Assembly: GCA_016748015.1 (NCBI GenBank)
Contig: JAAOMT010000007.1
Coordinates: 1-64,000 of the forward strand
Reading direction: 5' to 3'
Source: Geosiphon pyriformis uo1
Lineage: Eukaryota; Fungi; Glomeromycota
DNA: 64,000 nucleotides
Each line of letters opens with the position of its first letter. Position 1 is the first letter of the stretch. Positions 50,047 through 61,709 of the stretch are shown here, in pieces. Made by a program: the position numbers and the translations under genes. The notes under the pieces are model-generated. The model did not search any database. It was given only the letters and a program-made list of their open reading frames with translations, and had not been told where the DNA came from.

Positions 50047-53000
50047 GTGCATCATGTTGTAAAAATTGAGAAAGTTCCTGGTTGTCTTATCTCTGTTTGG
50101 CTCCTATTTAAAAGCAAACTGTCAGTGACAATCTTGAGTTTGTACATTGGTGCTTCTGCTGAAACTAGGTTTGGTCAATCCTCTGTAATCAACTCTTTTA
50201 TCACTAAGGCTGTTAATTCTTCTACATTTGTGGTGCTAGGTAGAGATTTCAATGAGAATAGATCTAAAAAAAGTGCAAGTTTTAAGTTCTGCTCAAAGTT
50301 GAATTTAATCAATGCTTTTAGTAGACATTCATTAATCAATGCTTCCACTTGGAGCAACTTGAGAAGTATCATGAAAGTTATCAATTATATCTTTGTGAAT
50401 AGGTGTCTGTTGTCAATAGTGGCTGGTTACAAGATCATTTCTGTTTCGGATTTTTTTGATATTGATCATAATACTGTCATGGTATCTATTGGGTTGGGTG
50501 GACTCTTGGACATTCAGTTAAATAACTTGTGGAAACAGGCTAACAGAGATTGTTGGAAGTTTAAAATCAAGGATACAAATAATGCCAAGTGGTTATATTA
50601 TAGGGATTGTTTCTCTGCCAAACTTTTGGGAGTGAAGAATAGGTTTTCTGTTGCTGCTATAAATAATGATTTAGACTCAATGTAGTCAGTACTAGAGAGG
50701 ATGATAGTAGAATCTGCAGATAAAATTTTCTTTAAACATTGGTTCAGTGAATTTCAGTATTCAAAAAATAAACAGTTCTCTAAATTTCTAGAGCTTGAGT
50801 TGCTAGTTGCAAAAATTGTCAAAAAGTTGAATTCAGCTAATGTCATTAGTTTCAATAATCTTATGAAGAAATGGTTAACATTAGATGCTGATAAGGCTCT
50901 TGTTATTATTCATATGGTTCAGGCTGGTAAAAAACAGATGGACATTCTTAAACATTTATCTTTTGTCAAGAGTGAATATAGAAAATCCAAGATGTATGAA
51001 TCGAAATTAGTTGAGAAAGTATCAATCAGGAATGCAATCAAAAAGTGCATGGAGAAGTTCTGCCTAGACAAGGGTGGCATGATTAAAAGTGTTTTGGATC
51101 ATCTGTTTTACAAGGTGGTATTGGACCACTTAGTGATAGATGATGAGTTGGTTTTAAAACCAAAAAAGGTAAAGTCAGATGTGAATAAAATCATGGAGGG
51201 CTGGACAAGAAAATGTTCAGTGCTTCTGGTGCTGTCTGATCAGTGGGCTCACCAATATACACCACTAGACTATGTTAGAGATGATGCCTTCTCCAATATG
51301 ATGTGTACAATTAACATAAGTGAATTGGTCCTGGTTGTTGGTAGTCTGTCTAATGACAAAGCAGCCAGTCTGTTGAGCATTCCCAATAAATTATAGAAGC
51401 ATAGTGGTGAAGAGATATTAAAGTGTTTATTGGTGTTGTTGAATATATGTTTGACTGTTGATGGAGTGCTCACTCTGTGAAAGAGAGCATGAGTTTTGAT
51501 GATTCCTAAGCCATTGTATTTGGTTTCAGCTGTCTTGTAGCTTATAGTTGTCTACTAAACTCAGTTTAGTTTTGTTTCATTGAATTTTTGTCACAAATGA
51601 GATGTTATGATTAGAAAGGGTCTCAAGTCTAAAGCGTGTTTGCCATGTGATTTCTCTAGTGAAGCTTTGCATTATCCATCTTTGTATGGTTTAAAGCCAT
51701 TTAAACAAGTCCAGGCTAAGAGTAAATTGGCTGCTGTTATTTCATTTTCCAATATTCATAGAATTCTTGGTTGTTTGTTTTGTCACTGGTTCTTGGATTT
51801 ACAAGTTTCAGATTGGGCTCTTTTGAATTCTTTACAGTTTTCTGTGAGATTGTGTGTTAGTCCAGTGAACAATTTTTTGGCTGGTGTGGTTAGAATTTTT
51901 TTGGACAATGAGTTATTCCTGTCAAATGAGTTATCCAGTGCCTTCCGTAATTCTGGTGTTTTTCCAATGTTCTTGGTCTTAGGAAAGTCTTTGTTCTTTA
52001 ATTCTGTTTATTCTTTAAAGCATTTTGGAATTGCCTTTGGTGACTGATTGTATGATAAAAAAAGGAGAGTAATGGACTGGAAAACTTTTTGTCACTAGAA
52101 GAGATTGGATTCTAGGAGCCCTGTGTCTCATTGGTTTGTACTCACTTCTAGATTCTTGAATGATGAAAGTTCTTTCAAATCTGTCTTAGCAGATTTTTCT
52201 TTGCCTTTGCCCAGTTTGTGCATTTCGAATTCTAAGAAATTTTTGGATATTTGGGATAGTTTGCATGAAGTATGGTCTGGTAATTTTGAAATCTATACTG
52301 ATAGTTCATTAAAGAATGCTGGTTCTGCTGGGGTCATGTGTAAAGCAGCTGCATATTTTCTAGCTTTGGACATAGGTGTTGACGTTGGGGTTTAGGGCCT
52401 TCTTTCTTTTACAATAGTTAAATTACAAACAGTTGCCTTGGCTTTGAAGTGTGTTCCATCTTCTTGTGATGTAGATTTGTATCTTGATAGTCAAGCTGCT
52501 ATTGATACATGTGTGTCTAAAATGGTACTAGCCTTTCCCAACTTTTGTAATTGTTACTGAATAGAAAAGAGACATATTTACAATTTGATCTAAAATAAAG
52601 ATCTTACTGTATATTGGATTAAGGTCAAGGATTATTTTGGGGTGACTGGTAATATGAAGGCTAATACATTGGCTGAAAAAGCAGCAGGTTCTCTGGTTTT
52701 TTTGCCTGTAGGAGTGTAAAAACAATTTTTGATAGTTAAGGGCTTGTTTGTGTCTGGCAATACTTGTCACTTTGTTCAAGATGTGTTTAAGTCTGTTTGC
52801 AGAGCTTGTTGGAAAGCAAGTCTTGATTACAGTGTGTTTTCAAGAGTGTCAATTGGCAATGTAAATTGGGTCTCCACTTCAAAGGTGTGGCACCCTGATT
52901 CATACATGCTTGCAGGATTTACTAGTCAGAGATTAACCACTTTGCGTACATATATAATGAAAGCTGTACATCATAGATTGCCTATAGCTATTTGTAAAAG

Positions 53001-53576
53001 ACTTTATAATAAAAAGTATTTTAGTGTGCTTTGTTTGTTGTATGGTGAGGTGGAATTGCCGGATCATGTCTTAACTTGTGTCCAGGATGTTGATATTTAG
53101 AAGAAAATTTTGTTTGAGGCTTCTGCTTTTTGGGCTTCCTTAGTTGATACCCATTGCTTGTTTTTGTCTGCCATTTCTCAGGTGCTTGATTTTTGTCATT
53201 TGAATATTGGCTTGTATTTGGTAATATGCAAGGGTTTTGTGTTAAAGGATTAGTGCAAGGAGGCTATTGAGGTTTTTGATTGGAAAGAAAAACTGTTAAT
53301 TTTGTTGTTAATTTGGTTGGGAGGTTGGTCAAACTGCATTGTTCTAAAGAATGGTTGTTGAGATCTGAGTTTAGAGTGCATATGGAGAAGGCTGGTTTGG
53401 TTGGTGATGGTGGTGTGTTGTTAGGTCTTTCATGTTGTGCGAATTCTGTTTTGTCAGATAGTGTAGTCAAATTTCTTGGTATGCTAGAATCTTTTGCTGT
53501 TAGCTTTGGCTATTGCAGGCTTTGTCTTTTTTTTTCTGGTTTAGATGGTAGTCGCTATGTTAATATAGGTGTGTAG
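50047..53576 (+). pseudogene. LINE ORF2: C-terminal half of APE endonuclease, linker, RT core missing, RNase H, C-terminal Zn finger
   Basis: APE motifs LGRDFN, TWSN, INYIF and DIDH. MIPKP joins directly to LYLVSAVL near 51513. RNase H: IYTDSS (52291), YLDSQAAI, WIKVKDY..VTGNMKANTLA. Zn finger: CLLYGEVELPDHVLTC. Confidence 0.88.
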
Positions 53577-56500
53577 TATTGTTTTGTCTGGTCCGAATGG
53601 CTAGTCATATGTAGAAAATACATGAATTGCATTTAGTTTGAACCTCTTAGTTTGGTTCTATGTACTAGATAGCAATTGGACTACATTTGTTAAATGCTTT
53701 AATAATAAAAAAATATTTAACAAATATATACTTTACAAACTTTTCTAAAAAGTAAAATAGTAATTGTTTTTAATAATCTAAGAATCTGGTAAAATTATTT
53801 TGTATATTAAAAACTATATTTACTAAAACTATAAATTGTTTAATTAATTCAAAATTTTGATTTTTTTTTCACTTTTGCCAAGTTTTTTTCAATTTTTAAC
53901 TAATTACAAACCCAAAATATTAATTAAAAATAAGTAAATAGTTTAAGTAATCTTTTTAGTATGTTTAATCTTGAATAATTTTTTAGTTTTATTTTGAAAT
54001 ATTACTGTAATGTTTTCTGTATATTTTGTATTTATAATTTTTTCTTTAATATTAATTTTTTTGCTTGTCAATAATAATTAAAAAACAATTTATACTATTA
54101 TTTTTGATAGAATTTCAAGAGCAATTTTTAAGTTAATTTTTATAAGTGATTTTGGTTTTAAGATGAAAATATCTTTTTTTAAATACCAGAAGTTATATTT
54201 TCATGGATTTTTTTTGGCTTAATTCTTTGTTTTTTGTTGTTATAATACTTTAAAAATAAAGCAATTTGATTTTTAATAAGATAAATAAAAATTGTAAACA
54301 CTTCTACTTGTTTTTTTTAGAACTTAAATTTACAAAACATAATATATTTTTTGTATAATTAAATGTTTTTATTTATTTTAAATATTAAATTTAAGTTTTT
54401 TTTTGAAGGATAAACATAATTAGAAGTTAAATAATATAGTTTAATCTTATTTTTATAGTCAAATTCTGCTAATTTTATAGTATATTTAATATATTCTGTT
54501 TTTTTTATTTGGTAAATATCTGCTTAAATTTCTCTATTAATCAAAATTATAACAAATTTATTGATTATTTTAGCATTGTGTAAATAGTAATAAAGTTTGT
54601 TAAAAGTATTGTTATAGACTGCTGTAAATAGTGTTTTTTATTTTATTTTTTCAGAAATAAAAAAATCATATTAATAAGTTTAATCACAAACTTTTTCTCT
54701 TATTATAACATTAATTCAATTATATTTTTTCTTTGGTAATATACAGGCTTTTATAGATAAAAGCTTTTTATTACAATTTTTATATTTGAATAAAATATAA
54801 GCAGATTGTTTTTTAATTATAGTTTGGAATAAAAAATATACCAATTGTTAATTTATTTTTTGTCTATATAAATTGTTAACTAATATCTTTAGCATATAAT
54901 ATTATTGATTATAATATAAATGTTTTAAAAAATTGGTTTGTTTTTTTAATCCAATTAAAACAAAAGTTAAGTATTATATAAGTTTTAATAATTAGTCTTT
55001 TTTTTTTAAATTTAAAGATTAAAACTTTCTTGAATTGTTTATTAAAAGTACTATAAGTAATAGATATTCTAATATGTTGTTTTTAATAAGAGATTTTTAG
55101 TTTTTAATTTTTATAATTTAAGTTAACATTGGTTTTAAAAAGCCAATCATTTTTAATAAAAGCTTGGTATTAGAATATATTTATAACAAGAATTTTAATT
55201 AGAATAGTAATTTCATTTATTATAAAAAAAAGTTATTGATTTTTCTTATATCTGTTTTTTTTATATTATTTACAATTATAATCACTATTTGGACCAGTTT
55301 GTTAACATTTTTTTAATTATTGTATTAATTAATAAAAAATTATGCTTTTAGTAAATTTACTATCTAAAATTAATCAAATTAATTCTTTTTCAATTTTTGG
55401 TTTAATATATATTGCTGTAATTGTTTTCTGTTTTAATATTTCTACATTGTTAAGTAAAAACAGCAATTTATTGGCTTCAAATTCAAATGATAAAATGTTT
55501 TGAAATATTGGTATTTTTAACAATTCTTATTAATAGAATTATAGTATTATAATAAGAAGAATTTTGTTATTGTGTTATAATTTACTTTCTGAAAGTACAG
55601 TATAGTAAAAATTCTAATCTTTAAATATTATAAAATAGCTTAATTAAAAATGAAAATATTAAGATAGCTGTTAATTATTATTATAAAATACAAATTGATT
55701 ATTAAAATCAATTTATTATTGTTTAATTGAAAACAATTTAGTTATATAAAGAGATTAAATTAAACTAATTTTTTAGTTAGTAGTTAATAATTTTGAATTG
55801 AAAATAGTTGATAATATCATTATAATTGTATAAAGTAGGCTAATAATAAATAAATTAGGTTTTTGGTAAATAATAAACAGATAGTAATAAGTAATATAAT
55901 TATTATTGCTAAAAAAAATAATATTGATTATTCTGTTTTTGTTGATTTTTTTGCATTTTTCTATAATTATGTTTTTAGTATTTGAAAATTTTATAATTAT
56001 ATTATTTGATTATTAAGATTAATTGTTGGATAATAAAAATTTTTTTGGATTTTATTGTTGTAGTAATTGGTATTTTTATTGTTAATTGACAAGATAGATT
56101 TTTACTTTTTTGATAAGCTAATCAATTTTTTCTTTGGCTGTTAATGTAATTTTTCTAATAATAAAATTAATAAATTTTAAATAATTTATTTTTTATATAG
56201 TTATCTTATAATTTTAACATGTTAAATAACAGTAGTTAAATTAGCTAGAACATATAAATAAACTTTTTTGATTAATTTATTCTTTAGACCAGTGATAAAT
56301 TAATCCAAAACTTGAAAATTAAAATAGTAAATATTATTTTCTATTGCCAAATTCTTCTAAAAAGTTTGTTGAACTTTTCAAGATAAGTTATAACAAATTC
56401 AGATTATTTCTGCTTAATATTTTAAAAACAGTTTCAAAAAATAATTAAAGTATTATTGTTAATAAATTGTTTGAAAAAATCAGTTTTAAAGGCTTACTAA

Positions 56501-57442
56501 TTAGCAAAAAAATTGGCCAATTTTTTAAACTATTTGTTGATAGTTTTTTTAAAAAAATAAAAAATTATTCATAATATTTTTTCTGTAGTCTATTTATTTG
56601 TATTTTTTGTTTTAGTAATTTGATCAAATTATTCTTAAGAACTAGTTTCTATATTTTTTCTAGAAAAGTCAAAAATTTTTGTAATATAAACAATTATTTT
56701 TTTATCTTTTTTATTATTTGTAGTTTTTGTTTTAATAAGTTCAGAAGTGTTTTTTTATAAATAGTATTTTTGAATATTTATTTTAGTTTTCTGCTAAATA
56801 ATTAAGAAAATTAGTGCTAATATAAATTAGTTTTAATTATTAAATTGAATTTTTGCTAGTTTTTTGGTCTTAAAAATCAGTTAAGAGATAAATTAATTGT
56901 TTGTACTTGAATAAATAAAGTTAAAAAAGATGTAATTGAAAATAATAGTTTAATATTGGTTTTTTATTCAAGTGTTTACAAATATTTAAAAATTGTTTTT
57001 AATGTATTAAATGTTATATAAACTGGTTAAATGTTTTTTTGTTTGTTTTTATTGCTTGTTTTAGATTCAAACTTAAGTTTAAAAACAAATTATAAGTTAA
57101 TGAAATATTTTTTTTCACAAAACTTGATAATTTTATAATTAAATTCTTCAAAATAAGTAGTGTAAACATCAATATTAATAGCTTTTAAGTCTTTATTTAA
57201 ATAGTAAATTAAGTAATTAAGAAGATTTTTTTTTATAATATTGTATTTTCAAAAAAAAATTATTAATTTAATTTTTAATGTATTGAAAAAATATTTTTTT
57301 AAAAGCTGTGATTTTGTTTCAAATTCCAAATTATTGTTTGCAATAGATGTAAATTAATTGATAATACTTTAAAGTTATTATATTAGATATGATTACCACT
57401 TTGATTTAATGTTTGCTGTATTATTTTTAAGAGAATACTAAA

Positions 57443-58257
57443 TATTACCAAAAGTTTTTTTACTTTTTTTGATGTTTTTAATATTGTTTTGCTGTTGATT
57501 TTTTTATTAATAAAAGTTAATAAATCTCTAATAAGCTAATTTTTTTTTAAAATATTTTTTTATACTTTAGACTGTATATATTGTTAGATTTATAATAAAA
57601 TAATTAATTTTATACCAATTACTTATATAGTTACTTTGTTAATAAAAGTTAACTCTTTTACAAAAAAATCTTGTCTGTAAATTTTCAAAATATGTGTAGT
57701 TATTTTGCTGTAAAATTCAATTTTTTTACAAAAATTTTTGACTATAATTATTCAATAATAAAAAATAAAAATAAAAATAAAAAAATTATAGAAAAAAAAT
57801 AAAAAATGTTTTTAAAAAAGTTATTTTAAATTCAGATTTGGAAATAACTAATAGTTTACTGAAATTAGTATAATACAGTTATTTTAAACAGAAATAATTA
57901 AGAATTTTATTTTTTTTTAAAATAAGTTTTATTAATATTATTCTATAAATTTTTTTTTTAATTTTCAGCAAACTAAAGACATATTTTGTTAAATTACAAG
58001 TTATTTTTGTAAATTATGAATTATTTTGGTAAATTATTTAATATTTTGGTAAATTATTAAATATTTTGTTGAATTTTTAATGTTATATAGTTTAGTGTAT
58101 TACATAATTTAATTATTACAATTTAGTTATATTTGTGTTTTGTATAAATTAAGCTATTAATTAAATAATAATTTGGATAATTTAATAAAATAATTAATAA
58201 TAAGAATTATAAAAATAATTTTATGTTAAATAATATCTTAAATTTCGGTTAATAATA
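57443..58257 (-). repeat. 5' LTR of D
   Basis: Matches 34199-35100 and, in reverse complement, both ends of the solo LTR 5398-6253. Confidence 0.8.
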
Positions 58258-58529
58258 TCAATTATAAATAAAAATTGTGTATTGGCAAGTTGTATTACAT
58301 ATTTTTTCTGTCTGATATGTTAATTCAATTACATATTTTTGGCAATAATTTTTTACAAGTAAGACATAACTTTTTATTTTATTTATTATGTTTTTTTAAG
58401 TAATCATATTTTTTTATTGTAATAATTACAATAATAATAAGTAAATTTTTTTGAGTCTTTATTTAATATATTGTATACAATTATGGAAAAAAGTTTTTTC
58501 TTATAAATTAAATATTTTAGTTTTAGTCT

Positions 58530-58794
58530 GTATTATTAATGGCTATTATATATATATATATTTGTAATTTTATAAAAAAACATATTATAATACTTTCTTT
58601 TTAATATCTCAATTTGATATTTACTGTTATTATTAATTAGTGTTTGTTATTATTACAAACTGATACTTATTACTATAAGATAGTACTTGCTACTATATTA
58701 ATTATTATTTTTCTAAGATTATTATTATGCTATATTATGATTGAATAAATTATATTATTTTATGATTTTTTTACTAAATTTTTAAATTATAATA
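58530..58794 (-). repeat. Remnant of the 5' LTR of C
   Basis: Aligns with about 20630-20895 and ends tataata (from tgtaaca). Confidence 0.72.
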
Positions 58795-59049
58795 CTAACT
58801 ATTCAAAATTAATGTTGTGTTTAACTAAAACTTTAGTTTAATATTGGCATTAAATTTCTGAAATTTTACTAAACATCCAAATTTTTTCAGAGTTCCAATA
58901 ATTCTAGTAGAAACTCTTACTGAAACAATTATTTTACTGAAACTAATATAATGTTAACCAATTAAAATATAAGCATAGTAAATAATCTAACCAATAAAAT
59001 TGTATATATTAATAGTAAAAACTTATTGTTATTATTTATAAAATTTGAT

Positions 59050-59480
59050 TTTTGAAACAATAAACCAAATATACTATTCAATTCCTATTTTGCTTTGTTA
59101 TCTATTGCTGAGTATTTGTAATTACTTAATAAATCACTTTTTATATTGTCATTATTATTATGTTCTGCTTTTTTATTTTTTAATTTGGCAATTTTCTCAT
59201 CTATTAATATTTGTTCTTAGTTACGTAATTAATTTTCCCAATCATCAGATATTATTAAACTTGATGGTTTAATATTTTGCATCCTATATTCATTTAGTTT
59301 ATTAATAAGTTCATTAGTAGACTCATGGTAATCTCATTGATAGATATATTTTAATAAAGAAAAAATTTTGCCAAGTTACTAAACATTACTAAATGTCTAT
59401 TCAGTCAGATCTAGTGACATTCTAATTCTAGTAAATTTTATTAAATATTCATTTAATTGGGTCCAGTAACATTTTAATTT
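59050..59480 (-). pseudogene. Possible hAT-like transposase C-terminal fragment
   Basis: ELINKLNEYR...DDWEN*LRN*EQILIDEKIAKL...YSAIDNKAK*ELN resembles the tail of fungal hAT-like transposases as I recall them; no catalytic motif is visible. Confidence 0.4.
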
Positions 59481-59692
59481 ATTGCTATTACTATAGTACA
59501 AACTATTTATAATTATCAAAAATGTAAATTAGTCTGAAATTTTAAATAATGATCTTTATATGTTTTATTTATATAATTAAATTTTATTAGTTAATATACA
59601 TGTGTTTTTAATATATTATTTATAATAAAAAATAAAATTTTATTAAATTTTATATAATATAAAACCAAATACAGTATTACAAAGTTTGAATA

Positions 59693-61709
59693 TTATTTAA
59701 TTTGTCTAATTTTTTAAGAATATTATCTGGAATTTTTCTATGAGATTTATACTTTTTTATAGCATATTTTACTAATTTTCACTAAGATTTTTTTTATAAA
59801 GATTCATATAATATCAAAATTTTCTTGAAAATTATCTAATAGTTATTAAAAATACTGATTTAAGACTTTCAGACACTGTTTTTTATAATCTTTTTCATGA
59901 ATAATCGTATTTATTATGTGTATATTTTTTAGCAGCTCTTTAATATTTTTCAATAAAATTTAATTCACAATGAAATTTTAGAAAAAAAATGCACTTATGT
60001 TCTATACTTTCAATTAATTCTTCAATTGCATTTTTTTGAGTAAGAAAATCAAATTTCAAAGATATTACTTAAAATATATAACAAGAAACTCTTGATTTTT
60101 TCTTTGTATTTTTGGCATTCTAATACTAATCTTTTTGATGGCCATTTTTTTATTCTATTAATACTTGTTTAATTTTTTTATGTAATCATCAAAGTTTTTC
60201 ATCTAAATATGTTTCTGGAAAAATCATTGATTGTAATTGATTATCTAATTCAAAATAAGTATTTTGCATTAATAATTGCTTTTTATCTGACTTAAATTCA
60301 TTTTACTTGTAATTAAAGCATTTTTACTAAATATTATATGATTAAAGCTATTATCAAAAGCAAATATAGTTGTATAATCTGAATATAATTTCTCAAAAAT
60401 TGGAATTGCTTTAAATTTTATTTGTTTAAGAAGATGATCTGCTGTCTAATAACCATCTTGATTTATATTAGATTGCAAATAGTATTGTGCTTTTTTCAGT
60501 ATATTAAAATAGTTTTCTATATTATTTTGTTGTAAATATAAGTGTCTATCAATTTTAGTTAGAAATTTACTGACTATGATTGATTTTTTCTTTTTTTTTT
60601 TCTCTATTAAGTAAGTTAAGACATATTTAATCTATAAATTCATTTTTATACTTTGACATATATTTTTTATGCTCATATATTTTTCTAAAAATTTTTTCAA
60701 GATACAAGATATTATTTTTTTCATGTCTATCATAATATAAGTCTTGATAATATTGTTGGAATAAATAACCAAAAATTTTGAGCCATTTTACTGTAATTAT
60801 AAAACTAATGGTTTTTTCCTTCATTATTTCAATATTAGGAAACAATTCATGCTTGATGAATTTTTTAAATATGGCTGAAGTAATATTGAAGTTTTGGTTT
60901 CTAATTCAAATATGACATCTTTTCACAATATTTTTATTATTAATTATTCTAATTATTTTTTAATGTTTTCTATGTTTTGATATTAAAAGCTTATCATTAA
61001 GCAATTAATATTTTGCAAGATATTGAATTCTTTGTGCTTTTTATACACTACTATTAATAAAAACTTTTTGGGCAATTTTCAAATTAGCATTAATTTTATT
61101 ATTATTATTATTATTATTTAACAAAGTAAGATATTTAAAAATAGCTATTTTTTGATTATATTTGAAAACAGTTAACTGAGTATGTTGTTTTTATAAATGT
61201 TTTTTTAACTTTTGTTCTTTTTTTATTTGACTAGCATATGGATCAACTTTACTTTTTAAATTGCTTGAAGATTTATTAGATTTAAGCCATTGTAAGTCTA
61301 TAGTTTAAGCATTACTAATATTAAAAAAAGTGGTAATTTTTTTAGTTCCAGCTGCTGCTTTGGTAAATAAACCATTTGGTCTATATTTATCATAATAAAT
61401 TGACTTTAATATTTTTTTTGTTATGTAAGAGCTTCACTTTTTTTTTAGATGATTGTTATTTTTCTATATTAAACTGAGTTTTTTTAATTTTGTATTTATT
61501 TTAATTGCAGCTTTCATATCTTTTATATCATCCCATCTACTGTTATTATTATTATGCCACTTTTTATCACTAACATTTAGTCTGTTAAATTTATTTACTT
61601 TAATATCATAATTATTTATTAATGTAATATGATGTGTTTTTTTATATAATTCTTTTGTATTTCTAATTTGATCTTTAGCTTTTCTTTTTCCTTTAAAATA
61701 AAGTGGCAT
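59693..61709 (-). pseudogene. IS630/Tc1/mariner-superfamily DDE transposase pseudogene
   Basis: WLKIFGY..YYDRHE, KSIIVSKFL, QDGY*T, IFAFDNSFNH, FFLKFHCELNFIEKY* and KKYKSHRKIP. The segment with the first catalytic Asp appears deleted near 60600. Confidence 0.78.

Larger units (their letters stand above)
38484..53710 (+). mobile_element. Non-LTR retrotransposon (LINE with APE endonuclease and RNase H), interrupted by A2; RT core deleted
   Basis: ORF1 at 38631-40294, ORF2 at 50047-53576, 3' UTR and A-tail to about 53710. The TSD is AAATATT (38477-83 / 53711-17); removing the LINE restores the frame of D. Confidence 0.88.
34199..58257 (-). mobile_element. Ty3/gypsy element, family D (dUTPase-bearing, decayed), inserted in C and interrupted by a LINE
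   Basis: LTRs at 34199-35100 (approx.) and 57443-58257; TSD TTAA/TCAA; decayed PBS at 57425-57440; dUTPase near 53850-54230; RT AVYLDN near 37578-37595; RNase H and integrase at 36050-37300. Confidence 0.8.
20187..58794 (-). mobile_element. Ty3/gypsy element, family C (most decayed LTR element, dUTPase-bearing), host of B2 and D; gag/protease largely deleted
   Basis: LTR segments 20640-20895 and 58550-58794 align. Internal pieces run in order: ORF3 20900-21700, integrase 30191-31500, RNase H/RT 31560-32750, dUTPase (ORF 33261-33632), and a Cys-rich region split by D (TCQYTIFIYN|*IKKE). The left edge is inferred from a tattaca terminus and TSD TTGA/CTAA. Confidence 0.68.
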
